A stretch of 64,000 nt of DNA from Candidatus Bathyarchaeota archaeon. GTDB lineage: Archaea > Thermoproteota > Bathyarchaeia > Bathyarchaeales > Bathycorpusculaceae. The translations under genes were made by a program, and so were the position numbers. The stretch is from assembly GCA_963827165.1 (NCBI GenBank), contig CAWGZR010000004.1, positions 160,001 through 224,000 of the forward strand. Direction: 5' to 3'. The notes below the pieces were generated by a model, which saw only the letters and a program-made list of their open reading frames with translations, was not told the DNA's origin and did not search any database. Shown one piece after another: positions 8,823 to 19,017 of the stretch. Each line of letters begins with the position of its first letter. Position 1 is the stretch's first letter.

Positions 8823-10395
8823 CTATTTTGTGAACAGAGGATTGTCCTGAATGTACTCTTTTCCAGTTTTCAGGGCGATTTCAGCCTTTGCCTAGTTCAC
8901 TTCCAAGATAGGCCAAGTGAAGCGGCTGCTGCGCCAAACCCAATTCTGAGATTTTTGTGTAGATTGCGTCTGCGGTTTTGCCCTTGATGATTTCGTCGGG
9001 TTCACTCATTTTTTTGTTTGAGTAATGAAGCGCCACAATGTTTCCGCTCATTCGCTCGAGGACGATCCTAAAAGATCCAGAAGCATCCAGTTCCGTCGCG
9101 CGCGTTTTTTCAGCGAAGATTACGGGTGCTTTCTCCTCCAGAATTCGGTCGTAGGGTTCCTCCCTATTTCTTTTGTCTTTAAAAATGAGAAGATCCAAGC
9201 CGAGGTCTTTCGGGACGGAACCACGTTTTTTGGCAAGAAACATCATTTTAGCCGCCGTGGCTTCTTCGCTTACGCTACCTCTTGCCTTGTTGCTTTTCTC
9301 TGTTGCCAAAAGGATGCTTGCCCCCACCTCAGAGGATAGCCGTGCCAGCAAAGCGTTAACGCCGACAGAGTCAGCATCCATCAGTTCGCTGACGTTCGAA
9401 ACACCTACGAATAAGGGGACATTGGGGTTTCTTTGGGCGAACAACCGGAAAGCAGTAAAAGACTCAAAAATGTCTGTTGGGTCAAGAATGAGGTCGGCAA
9501 CGCATTTTGATATACCCAGCCGTTTTGCCTTGGCAATGGTTTTTTCTAGGAAAGCTACTCGTTCCTCCGCTTTTTTGGGAAAGAACCCTTCCTGCTGATT
9601 GGTCGGAATCACGACCACCACAACCTCTGATGTGAACGGTGCGATTGCTTCAATGTTGCCTGCATCCCCGCTTAAAACCAAGTCGGCTCCCGCATCCACT
9701 GCTTCTCGAATTTCTGCAGCATCAAGCGAGTCAATGCTCACAGGAACCTTTACCGTCCGTTTAACAAGCGCCACAATCCGTTTTGCTTCGGAAGGATGTG
9801 ATTCACCTGCCACCATGCCCACATCAACTATGTCTGCGCCTGTCTCCACGTGCTGTTTCGCAATTCGTAAAATTGTTTCTTCGTTCAATGTTGGGGCGTC
9901 AATGATTTCTCCGAGGACACGCATGGGGAAAACTTTGCCGACAGCAACGTCACCTATCAACATGCTGCCAGGTTCTTTGAGAAGTTCTAATCGGTTCTTC
10001 TCAGTTTTCTCTATTTCTTCAAACGCTCTTTCCTCAAGCCTCTCGCGAAGTAAATCGTCAGCTGGCTCAACAGTGGAAAGCTTAACTTGCCCAAGCATAT
10101 CCAGCACAAGCGGCAGGTCGGCGTCATACCGAGATCCCTTAAACACCGGGATACCGACGGCTTTAGAGATTGCTACGACGTCCTCACAAACCAAGCCAGG
10201 CGTCAAAACCAAATCATAATCTTTCAAGTCTATTTTTTTTAGCTCTTCGATGATGATTTTAGGTGTCAAGAACGCGGCAATGGCAACCTTCAACCCCACA
10301 ATATGAGTTCCCACTTTGCTTTGCTTGGCGTAGCTTTCAACAGCCTCTTTTTCCTGTACGCTTGTGACAAGGAGCACCTTCATTCTTGAATCCAT
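8823..10395 (-). CDS. Dihydropteroate synthase-related protein; +1 frameshift near 8888 hides the last ~18 aa
   Basis: Pterin-binding TIM barrel (EIIDAP, SIDS, DADSVGVN); removing one A at GGCAAAGGCT gives ELGKAEIALKTGKEYIQDNPLFTK*. Confidence 0.8.
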
Positions 10396-11027
10396 GCCCC
10401 AATTCTTTTCATCAAATCGGCCATAACCGCGGAGTACGAAGAGTTCGGCGCAACCCTTCCGACAATCTCGTTGCAGTCAGCAATCTTTCTTAAAAGTTCC
10501 CGCACATGATCCTGTTCATTAGAGTTGCCTGACAATGCTTTAACGCGCGTCGCATGGATGATAGCTTCAATCGTCACTCCAAATGCGCGGCAATAAACCT
10601 TCGGAAAACCCTTTTCCGCTTTAACCTGTTCCACTCTAAAAAAAGCCTTAGTTTTCTCCGCTCCATGTGGCAATAGGTCAACTAAAGAAACGTCAATCGT
10701 CGCTTCTGCCAGCCTTAGTTTGGGTGCGTTTGCGACCTGGGATTTTATGAACCACTCGTCGGGAACCGCGTCGTCTGGGTTTGTCTCTTTGAAAGCTGTT
10801 CGGAAGTAAACTTCAATGGTACTTGTCAAGTTTACTGTGGCACATCTAAGGTTTTTTATGTTTACAAGGGTTTTGGATGAATTGTAGAGGATGATGGCTA
10901 GGTGCTGCTCATCTTGTAGGCTGGCACCCATGGGCGCAGCGTTGGGCGATCCGTCCGAATTGTAGGTTGCAACTATGGTTTCTGAGATTGCGCCTTTTTG
11001 GAAACCTAAATCGCTGAGTTTAGCCAT
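10380..11027 (-). CDS. DUF447 family protein
   Basis: ETIVATYNSDGSPNAAPMG...IEAIIHATR; overlaps the DHPS-like gene. Confidence 0.8.
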   Translation of the reverse strand: MAKLSDLGFQKGAISETIVATYNSDGSPNAAPMGASLQDEQHLAIILYNSSKTLVNIKNLRCATVNLTSTIEVYFRTAFKETNPDDAVPDEWFIKSQVANAPKLRLAEATIDVSLVDLLPHGAEKTKAFFRVEQVKAEKGFPKVYCRAFGVTIEAIIHATRVKALSGNSNEQDHVRELLRKIADCNEIVGRVAPNSSYSAVMADLMKRIGAWIQE

Positions 11028-11213
11028 CGAACAAACCCAATTGACCTAGAAGGTTGCGGTAATTAAGTTTTACCAGCACCGAACCTGCCTATGCCGGATA
11101 GTTCTTCACAAAGCAAATTGCAGGTGCCCTTTGCGGTTATGGAAGGTTTTTAAAGGGTTGCATGCTCTATTTTTACTGAGGATTTTAAGTCTTCATTCTT
11201 AAGAGCATGCCTT

Positions 11214-12608
11214 TTGGCGGTTAAGCATACCATGACGGTTAAAGTAGCTTTGGTTTACCCGTATTTTCACCCGACGAATGACAACTCGATTTTTCGTTTT
11301 CCGCCTTTGGGTTTAGGCTACCTAGCTGCCGCCTTAAAAAAGCACGGTTTGGAGGTTGAGTTGGTTGACTGCACTTTTCTGCAGTTTCCGCAGGCGGTCG
11401 AGCGGGTTAAGCAGGCGAAGGCTGACATTGTTGGTTTTTATTCAATGTTTTCGATGAAGAAAACTACGCTTGAGTTGGCTGCAGCGATCAAACAGGCCTG
11501 TGGAGGCGGATGCGGCTTGTTTGTGGTTGGCGGTCCCATGCCTAGTTGGTCGCCTGAAAGCTTTCTCGGCGCTTTCGACGTGGTGGCGGTTGGCGAGGGC
11601 GAAGAAACTATGGTTGAACTTGCCAACTGTGTTTCGAATGGGATGCCTCTTTCAAATGTGGGGGGGCTTGTCTTCAGGGATGGCGAACGTGTTGTGCATA
11701 CGAAGCCTAAGTCATTCATCAGCGATTTGGACAGCTTAGCATATCCGTCCCGTGAGCTATTTGACAACTTGGCTTATCAGAAGTATTATCTTGACCGTTT
11801 CGGCTACTCGACGTCGTCATTGATTACGTCTCGGGGTTGCCCGTTTTCATGCGATTTCTGCAGCCGGCCCATTTTCGGCGTTGATATGAGAAGCCGCTCT
11901 GTAGGGAGCATTGTTGGCGAAGTGGAGCAGATTAAATCGCTTGGTTATTCACGTGTGTGGTTTGCCGATGACTGCTTCACCTTAAACCGTAATCACTTGC
12001 TGAACGTTTGTGACGAATTGAGGCGCCGCCAAGTTGACATAGGTTGGGAGTGCCTGTCGCGCGTCGACACTATGAACAGCGAGGTTGCGGAGGGCATGAA
12101 GCGTGCAGGATGTCTGCGTGTTTTCTTTGGGATAGAGTCAGGCAACAACTCGGTTTTAGCTTTAATGAACAAATGCATCACAACCCAACAGGCTAAGAGA
12201 GCTGTGTATGCCGCCAAAACCGCGGGTCTGAAAGTCGGCGCCTTTTTCATAGTTGGATACCCAGGAGAAACCGACAAAACCGTGCTTGACACAGTGAGGT
12301 TTGCTTCGGGTTTACCGCTGGATTACCTGTCGTTCACGTTGCCTTACCCGATTCCAGGAACTCCACTTTACGAACGCGTTAAAGACAAGAACGTCGAAAT
12401 CGAGGATTGGGAGGAACCGAAAAACTACCGTTTGATAAGGCACAAACTGCTTTACGCCGCCGGTTTCAGCGAGGGAAAACTCAAATTCGCAATCGGGAAG
12501 GCACACGCACAATTCTTCGGCAGGCGGCACCTTGGACGGGTCGGCTACAGCGTTTTGGGCAATCCATTCGAACGCTTAACTGACGCCGCCTTCGAAATTA
12601 TGCGTTGA
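11214..12608 (+). CDS. Cobalamin-binding (class B) radical SAM protein
   Basis: PPLGLGYLAA B12 domain, GEGE, TSRGCPFSCDFC, FGIESG, FIVGYPGET, PGTPLY. Confidence 0.9.
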   Translation: MAVKHTMTVKVALVYPYFHPTNDNSIFRFPPLGLGYLAAALKKHGLEVELVDCTFLQFPQAVERVKQAKADIVGFYSMFSMKKTTLELAAAIKQACGGGCGLFVVGGPMPSWSPESFLGAFDVVAVGEGEETMVELANCVSNGMPLSNVGGLVFRDGERVVHTKPKSFISDLDSLAYPSRELFDNLAYQKYYLDRFGYSTSSLITSRGCPFSCDFCSRPIFGVDMRSRSVGSIVGEVEQIKSLGYSRVWFADDCFTLNRNHLLNVCDELRRRQVDIGWECLSRVDTMNSEVAEGMKRAGCLRVFFGIESGNNSVLALMNKCITTQQAKRAVYAAKTAGLKVGAFFIVGYPGETDKTVLDTVRFASGLPLDYLSFTLPYPIPGTPLYERVKDKNVEIEDWEEPKNYRLIRHKLLYAAGFSEGKLKFAIGKAHAQFFGRRHLGRVGYSVLGNPFERLTDAAFEIMR

Positions 12609-12701
12609 TTTTAGGTTTCAAAGTTTTACTAGCAGATCTTGAAATTTAGAAGACAGACATTTAACCTTCAAAAATTAGTAAAGAGCATCGATTTGCCGCT
12701 A

Positions 12702-13205
12702 ATGCAAAAACTTATCCTTGTCCCGCTCGCTATATCTGGTAAGAATTGCAGTTTTGCCCCTTTTGTTCTGTCTGCATAGTGCAGGCGCCGTCGTTTTGTG
12801 TTTGGTCCTGTTCGCTGCTGCAGCCATCACGGACCTGTTGGATGGCCACTTGGCACGGAAACTGAATGGGCCACAAGGTTCGGTGGCTTCTTTGATGCAA
12901 CCACCGACTTCGTTTTCGTCATCGCCATATACACTTTCTTCAGTCTGCAGGGATTCTACCCCCTTTGGCTGCTGCTCTTAATAGCCGCATCGTTTGTCCA
13001 ATTCATAGTTTCAAGCCACTCCGCAAAAAAACTCTACGACCCTGTCGGCAGATACATCGGCAGCGCACTCTACATCGGCGTTGTGCTAACACTTGTTCTT
13101 CCGACACAGGCAACATTCGCCTTTGTCGATTACGCTTTCCTCGTGTTCTTTCTTGTGTCTCTTGCAAGCCGAGCAATAAGCTTTACAAAAAACCGTCTAA
13201 CATGA
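12702..13205 (+). CDS. CDP-alcohol phosphatidyltransferase, split by two frameshifts (~12740, ~12868)
   Basis: Joined frames give TDLLDGHLARKLN.ATRFGGFFDATTD (DxxDGxxAR...GxxxDxxxD motif). Confidence 0.75.
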
Positions 13206-13280
13206 AAGTGGGTTTTAAGCTTTCTTGTCCATTACCAATAAATCAGTCTGCCGCTTCTTTTTGGCAAGGTTGTTGGTTCA

Positions 13281-14285
13281 TTGGATCAAGAAAACCCCAT
13301 CCTAATTCGAGTTTCATTAGGCACCGCTATATTTCTGGGATTATTGACGGGCAAGTTGGATGCTGAGCCTACGACAGCGTACTTGATGACTTACAAGTTG
13401 GGTAAGTGTACGGCTAACTGCGGCTTCTGCCCTCAAGCCCGAACCAGCGAAAGCAACGCGGAAATGCTATCGAGGGTTACATGGCCAACCTTTTCAACCC
13501 AAAAAGTTTTGTCTGCCCTTGGAAAAGGGTTCAGGCAAGGTAAAATCAAGCGAGTTTGCATTCAAGCCTTGAACTACCCTGAAGTTTTCGCGAATCTCCA
13601 AACTCTCGTAAAAAAAATTAAGAAGGAAGTGGCAGTTCCCATTTCGGTTTCTTGTCAGCCTCTTAACAGGGCAAATATTGAGCTTTTGGCGAAGGCGGGG
13701 GTTGATCGGTTAGGAGTGGCATTGGATGCGGCAACCGAGGCTCTGTTCGAGAGGGTCAAAGGTAAAGATGCAGGTGGGTCGTACAGTTGGGATAGCCAGT
13801 TCCACATGCTTGGTGAGGCGTTAACGGTTTTTGGGAAGGGAAACGTCAGCACACACGTGATCGTCGGGTTAGGCGAAACGGAGCACGAGGCAACCGAGGT
13901 AATTCAGAGGTGTGTTGACATGGGTGTCCTGCCTGCTCTTTTTGCGTTCACGCCTGTTCGGGGAACTGCGCTTGAGAAAAATCCGCCGCCTTCAGTGGAG
14001 TCTTACAGGCGGGTTCAGCTTGCTAGATTCTTGATTGTTAGGGGGCAGGCGAGGGTTGACGGCATGCATTTTGATTATCAAGGGAAGATTGAACGCTTTG
14101 GGTTAGCTAAGGAAGCCTTGGAAAAGAGGGTTTTGTCGGGAGAACCCTTTTTGACTTCAGGATGCCCTAGTTGCAACCGACCGTTCTACAATGAAAAACC
14201 CAGTGGACCTATCTACAACTATCCCTACAAGCCTTCGGAAAAGGATGTAAAAGAGTTTAAGCGGCAGTTTACTATTTTTTTCTAG
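13281..14285 (+). CDS. lipS2: Radical SAM protein, archaeal lipoyl synthase LipS2-like
   Basis: CTANCGFC plus C-terminal TSGCPSCNRP, matching the TxGCPxC(N/D)RP motif of LipS2. Confidence 0.7.
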   Translation: MDQENPILIRVSLGTAIFLGLLTGKLDAEPTTAYLMTYKLGKCTANCGFCPQARTSESNAEMLSRVTWPTFSTQKVLSALGKGFRQGKIKRVCIQALNYPEVFANLQTLVKKIKKEVAVPISVSCQPLNRANIELLAKAGVDRLGVALDAATEALFERVKGKDAGGSYSWDSQFHMLGEALTVFGKGNVSTHVIVGLGETEHEATEVIQRCVDMGVLPALFAFTPVRGTALEKNPPPSVESYRRVQLARFLIVRGQARVDGMHFDYQGKIERFGLAKEALEKRVLSGEPFLTSGCPSCNRPFYNEKPSGPIYNYPYKPSEKDVKEFKRQFTIFF

Positions 14286-14871
14286 CGCCGCAGTTTGGAC
14301 AAAAAAGTGCGGTCTGGGGCATGAGTGAACCGCAGTAACTGCATGGGACCAGAACTATTTCTCGTTCAACCTCTTTTGTGACTATTGGGACGGCTTGTCC
14401 GTTAACGGGTTTTTCGACTTGAATTTCGTAGTTTTGTGTTGGAATGTTTGGTCGGTCCTTAACTTGAAGAACTGCAGCTAGCAGCCACTTAGCGTAGTGA
14501 TCTATCGTGTAAATTGTTGGGGTTGCTGCAGGTGAGATTTCCAAGTCATATTGGTAGTTGGCGCTGAAGCCCTGCGGAATGTGCACTAAATCAAACAGTT
14601 TGAATGTCGTGCTGTACGTCACCGCGTTTTCCCAATATTCACTTTGCTGAACTCCGAATTGGTTCGACCAGACTTGGTTTCTTCGAATGTTTTCATTGCA
14701 TGATAAGCAGACAATTGCTTGGTTGACATCGAATTCTTCCTGTGAAACAATTTTAATTCCGCCTTTAACGTGGTCGCCAAGTACATACTGGGTTTTCTCG
14801 GCGGATAGCTGAAGGGTAGCGTTTGGCGCTGTGGGTTTATCGGACCTGTTTGATAACCATTTAGGGCTCAT
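14272..14871 (-). CDS. Arrestin/SpoOM-like beta-sandwich protein with C-terminal zinc ribbon
   Basis: YVLGDHVKGGIKI N-terminal strand; CSYCG...CPNCGA. Confidence 0.6.
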   Translation of the reverse strand: MSPKWLSNRSDKPTAPNATLQLSAEKTQYVLGDHVKGGIKIVSQEEFDVNQAIVCLSCNENIRRNQVWSNQFGVQQSEYWENAVTYSTTFKLFDLVHIPQGFSANYQYDLEISPAATPTIYTIDHYAKWLLAAVLQVKDRPNIPTQNYEIQVEKPVNGQAVPIVTKEVEREIVLVPCSYCGSLMPQTALFCPNCGARKK

Positions 14872-15008
14872 TTTAGACCACTCTTCTATCGCTTGTTTGC
14901 CTTTTTATGCCCTTTGGTAAGGGTCAGCCCATAAAATTTTCGCTTGTTTTCACTTGAATTGTTAGAAGAAATCATGGAGTTCGAAATTTGATACCTCTAC
15001 CGAGTTTT

Positions 15009-16370
15009 TTAGACTACTAGCTGGTCGGCTGTTTGAGTAGCTTTCTTTTCGTCTTTAGGAAGTTTCGGCTTCTGCCTTGTCACTTGCTCGACTAGACGCC
15101 AGAACTCATCCATTGTGTAGCCTTTAAGCAGGTCCTTCATGAGTCGTTTTACTTGGTAATACGTCATTTGGGCCTCGCCTTTGTCCAAGTTTTCCTGCGG
15201 ACCTTTGATCCGTCGGAAAAGCTCATCCATCTGGCGTGGAGACGCACGAACGCCAGCCTTCTCCAAGAGTTTCTGGATAAGCGTTTGACCTGTGCTTCTA
15301 CCGATAAAAATCGTTGTTTCTCTACCCACGATTTCAGGGGGGAACGGCTCGTAAAGCAGCGGTTGAGCCATCATCTCTTCTACTTCTTCTTCCACCTCAT
15401 GAGTAAAGATGTTTTCGCCGATAATGGGTTTATGGAATTGAATCGGAAGCGCGAATGCTTTTTCAGCGGATTGAGCGAGGCGATAAATCTTTCCCAAGTC
15501 AATGCCTGTATCGATGTTGTAGAGAAGTTCCGCTCCCGTCACAACTTCTTCGAAGGGCGCTATTCCAGCGCGTTCCCCGAAGCCGGCAATGCATGTATGC
15601 AGATATGCGATGCCTTCCTCCATCGCTGCTAAGGTGTTAGATGTCGCTAACCCGAAATCGTTGTGGCAATGAATCGATAGAGGAACCTTGTTTCGTATCG
15701 AATCTGGCAAGCCGTCGCGCACATGAGCCATCAAATAACGCATAGAAAGTGGCCTGATGAATCCCACGCTGTCTGCTAACCCCAGACTTTTAGCCCCAGC
15801 TTTAGCTGCTACTTCAAAAACTTCTAAGATGTCTTCAAGCACCGTTCGTGTACCATCCACAAGCACGAAGTCGACGTTTGCCCCATGTTTTTTCGCGTAA
15901 TCGATCCCTTCAGAAAGCCTCTGCAGAGCCTGGGCTTTAGTTATCTTCAGCTTGTACTGTAGGTTTAGCCCATTGATGGGTGTTTCAATGGTTATTTCCT
16001 TTATTCCACATTCTAAGCAGGCGTTGATGCTGTTTTTAGTCGGTTCGGCTGAGGCGGTTAGTTTAACGTTGCCGAAACTTTCGTTTACAATACGTTTAAC
16101 ATTTCGTTTTTCATCTTCAGACAAAGCTGGAAAACCAACATTGATCAAAGCGACCCCCGCTTCATCCATTAACTTTGCAAGCCTGACCTGCTCAGAGTAA
16201 GTTAAGTAAACCGTTGGCGCCTTGATGCCTTCCCGAAATGTTTCATCCCAAATAAAAACGCGGTCGGGAAGTTTAGGAGGCAGATTCTTTCTTAAACGGT
16301 TGTAATTAGCGATTAGTCCCTGAGCTTCCAGCTTTTTAAATATGGTCTTCCTCATCCAGACACAATCCAT
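15009..16370 (-). CDS. DRE-TIM metallolyase (LeuA/homocitrate synthase family), divergent active site
   Basis: DETFREG, LADSVG, HCHNDFGLA, GFGERAG, KPIIGENIFTHE, YEPFPPEIVG. Confidence 0.8.
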   Translation of the reverse strand: MDCVWMRKTIFKKLEAQGLIANYNRLRKNLPPKLPDRVFIWDETFREGIKAPTVYLTYSEQVRLAKLMDEAGVALINVGFPALSEDEKRNVKRIVNESFGNVKLTASAEPTKNSINACLECGIKEITIETPINGLNLQYKLKITKAQALQRLSEGIDYAKKHGANVDFVLVDGTRTVLEDILEVFEVAAKAGAKSLGLADSVGFIRPLSMRYLMAHVRDGLPDSIRNKVPLSIHCHNDFGLATSNTLAAMEEGIAYLHTCIAGFGERAGIAPFEEVVTGAELLYNIDTGIDLGKIYRLAQSAEKAFALPIQFHKPIIGENIFTHEVEEEVEEMMAQPLLYEPFPPEIVGRETTIFIGRSTGQTLIQKLLEKAGVRASPRQMDELFRRIKGPQENLDKGEAQMTYYQVKRLMKDLLKGYTMDEFWRLVEQVTRQKPKLPKDEKKATQTADQLVV

Positions 16371-16537
16371 AATATGAATGTTAAGCCGTTATGTTTAATC
16401 ATCGAATTCCTATATAAAACTACATTATGTGAGGTCAACGGCTATTCTTTTTTGAAAAGAAGGGTCGAAATAATGTTTTTGCAAAAGTCTTAAGTGCAGA
16501 GTGGGTTAATGTATAACCGTTAAGAGGGGTACCTGGA

Positions 16538-16750
16538 ATGAGCAGCCTGCAAAACACAATTCAGAAAATCAAGAATTTAGAAACCGAAAAAAAGACTCTT
16601 CTCACCGAAATTGATGAACTGAAGAGAATGGCTGATTTGAAAGTCTCCGCGCTGGAAACCGAGGTTGCTTCTCTACGGGAAGAAGCTAAGACGCTAAAAA
16701 CTTTGATCGGGCAAGAGCAGCTAAGCGTAAACCCGCTTAAGGTTAACTAA
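16538..16750 (+). CDS. Small coiled-coil protein
   Basis: Heptad pattern throughout; GAGGGG RBS and upstream TATA. Confidence 0.7.
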   Translation: MSSLQNTIQKIKNLETEKKTLLTEIDELKRMADLKVSALETEVASLREEAKTLKTLIGQEQLSVNPLKVN

Positions 16751-16777
16751 GAATTCCCCCGTTTTGCCGCTTTGCAG

Positions 16778-17641
16778 TTACTGTTGCTCACTTGTCGGCG
16801 GTGTCCGCTGGATAAGAGCATTTACTGCACATGCCAAGGCGTTGCATGATGCCTGACGTGATTCAACGGACGTGTCAGTTTCGAGTTTTTCCAGCGCCTT
16901 ATGTAAACTCTCAATTTTCTCGGTGATTTCCTGCTTTTTCTTCTCGTAGTCATCATGCAGTTTCTCTTGGTCAGCCGTAAATGTTGAAAGCGTCACTTCC
17001 AACTCTGCCTTTTTGGATTTCAAATCCTGCTTCACCTTTGCAAGGCTTTCAGCCGCCTTTCGTTTCGCATTGAACTTATAGAAACTAATTTTGACTAGTT
17101 CCTGGCTTGCAACGTCATCCTCTAACTCGCGAATATCCGTGCTTAAACTTTGGACGTCAGCGTTTCGTTTGAAGCTCAGCTGCCTTGTTTTCTCAGCGTA
17201 TTCTTTGTCGGTTTCCACCAGAAGATGGTTATTGTCAGCCAATTCTTTGGCTTCTCCATCGAGACTGGATTCTGCAATCCTTTTTTCGGCGAGTGCACCT
17301 TCAACATCGAGGAATATCTGTGTCCGTTCTTTTACAAATTGTTCGTCAACTGTTACGGCAGGGTTAGATTCGAATTCTAAGACAATTTGCCTCAGATTTA
17401 CAACCCAAGGGTCAAAATATTGGCTAAAGGGTGAAAGAGCAAAAATCTGGTTCCCCAGACGAGTTAAACTGCCTAACGTTCTTTCAACAATGTCTTTTGC
17501 TGAAACTTGCGTTTCTTCTTCCAAATACTTTCCCGCGGCAGTCCGCTGCTTCTTCTCTTTTGTCTTCTTCTCATGCTCAGACTTCGAGACTTGGCGGCGT
17601 ACAGCGCTTCGACGCGGTCCTGATTGAGATTTAAAGCTCAT
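16778..17641 (-). CDS. Long coiled-coil hypothetical protein
   Basis: E/K-rich helical ORF; ATG 17641 after GGTGA RBS. Confidence 0.75.
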   Translation of the reverse strand: MSFKSQSGPRRSAVRRQVSKSEHEKKTKEKKQRTAAGKYLEEETQVSAKDIVERTLGSLTRLGNQIFALSPFSQYFDPWVVNLRQIVLEFESNPAVTVDEQFVKERTQIFLDVEGALAEKRIAESSLDGEAKELADNNHLLVETDKEYAEKTRQLSFKRNADVQSLSTDIRELEDDVASQELVKISFYKFNAKRKAAESLAKVKQDLKSKKAELEVTLSTFTADQEKLHDDYEKKKQEITEKIESLHKALEKLETDTSVESRQASCNALACAVNALIQRTPPTSEQQ

Positions 17642-17702
17642 AGAGACATCACCGTGCAAGAAATATTTAAACAATAACTGTAAAGAAAGTACCGAATTTT
17701 AT

Positions 17703-17788
17703 TGGGTTGTGGGGTTTGGAGATAACTTGAGGGGGAGAAGGGAGAGCGTGCAAAAAATATAATTCTCCAAACCTTTCCACCCAACCCA
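17703..17788 (-). other. Long hairpin downstream of cdvC
   Basis: Arms TGGGTTG/CAACCCA and GGTTTGGAGA/TCTCCAAACC around a ~40-nt loop. Confidence 0.6.
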
Positions 17789-17816
17789 TTGTTTTCGGTT
17801 TTTTGGCCCTCCGTGA

Positions 17817-18992
17817 CTATAGTGCTTTGAATGCTTCGAACCAGCGGTTGTATGCTGTCAGCATGTCAAGGGAGACGCTTGGTTTGCGTTCTTCGAGGAT
17901 TTGTCGGAAATCAACCATCGTTAAAGGTCTTGGCGTTGCTGCTTTGTCCATTGCTTTGCCTGACTCGAAGAATTCTCCTATGAGTTTCAGCTGTGCTGAC
18001 TGGCATACATCTCGTATGTCGCTTCCTGAGAAGCCTTCTGAAATCCGCGCTAACTCATCAAGGTCTACGTCTGAAGATATGACCAGAGTAGCCGAGTAAA
18101 CTTTGAACATGTTCAGTCTTGTTGCGTGGTCCGCTAATGGGACGAGAATTCTCTTTTGGAAACGTCTGATGAATGCCCAGTCCAAATCCCATGGTTTGTT
18201 TGTTGCGCCAATAACGTAAACGTGTAGATTTTTGCCTTTGTCAACTATGCCGTCCATTTCTTTAAGGAATTGGTTGCGTACGCGTATTTCTCCTCCGACT
18301 TCGTTTGTGTGTGCTCCCATTAGTGAATCTAATTCATCAACGAAGACTATGGCTGGTTTGCCGTCGGTTGCGGATTTGCGTGCTGTTCCGAAGAGTTTGG
18401 CAACGTTTTGCTCTGCTTCCCCTAGCCATTTGGACATGATAGATGCTGCATCTATCGAGTAGAAGTTTGCGTCGATTTCTGTTGCAACTGCGGCTGCCAA
18501 AAGAGTTTTGCCACAGCCAGGTGGACCGAAAAGCAGTATGCCGCGTGGCCAACCTAATGGAAACAGGTCGGGTCTTTGAACTGGGTAAACGATGGCTTCT
18601 TTGACGGCTTTTTTAGCAACATCTAATCCGACGACTTCGTCCCAGTTCACCTTGGGTTTCTCAGTTAGGACAAGTTCTTCGTTGGGTTTTGAGACTCCGC
18701 CGGGGGCATCCATCGTAGCTGCTCCACCTCCGTCGTTGTTTGCTGCCTCATTCATCTCAGTCGAAGAAACGGCACCTTGCAGCGCTTTGATTCTTTCTTG
18801 GTAAGCGATTGCTCGCTGGACATAGACTTTGTTTAAACCGTATTCTGGGTAAAGCTGGACAAGCTGCAGAAGAGCTTCTATTGCTTTTTGATAAAGTGTT
18901 ATGGCTCTTCCCTTTTGCCCCTGCTTATCTAATCGTACAGCATCTAAAGCGTAAGCTGTTGCCGCCTTCTCAAGTTCATTTGAAGCACTCAT
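17817..18992 (-). CDS. cdvC: Cell division AAA ATPase CdvC (Vps4 homolog, MIT domain)
   Basis: N-terminal MIT helices; GPPGCGKT, SIMSKWLGEAE, FVDELD, ATNKPWDLD. Confidence 0.95.
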   Translation of the reverse strand: MSASNELEKAATAYALDAVRLDKQGQKGRAITLYQKAIEALLQLVQLYPEYGLNKVYVQRAIAYQERIKALQGAVSSTEMNEAANNDGGGAATMDAPGGVSKPNEELVLTEKPKVNWDEVVGLDVAKKAVKEAIVYPVQRPDLFPLGWPRGILLFGPPGCGKTLLAAAVATEIDANFYSIDAASIMSKWLGEAEQNVAKLFGTARKSATDGKPAIVFVDELDSLMGAHTNEVGGEIRVRNQFLKEMDGIVDKGKNLHVYVIGATNKPWDLDWAFIRRFQKRILVPLADHATRLNMFKVYSATLVISSDVDLDELARISEGFSGSDIRDVCQSAQLKLIGEFFESGKAMDKAATPRPLTMVDFRQILEERKPSVSLDMLTAYNRWFEAFKAL

Positions 18993-19017
18993 ATTCTCTC
19001 TCTCCTTCTCCTTTCTC

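Noticed and set aside
8881-8883. TGA ending the DHPS-like ORF as a second recoded UGA
   Set aside because: The homologous tail (AEIALKTGKEYIQD) is in another frame, so this is a frameshift and not readthrough.
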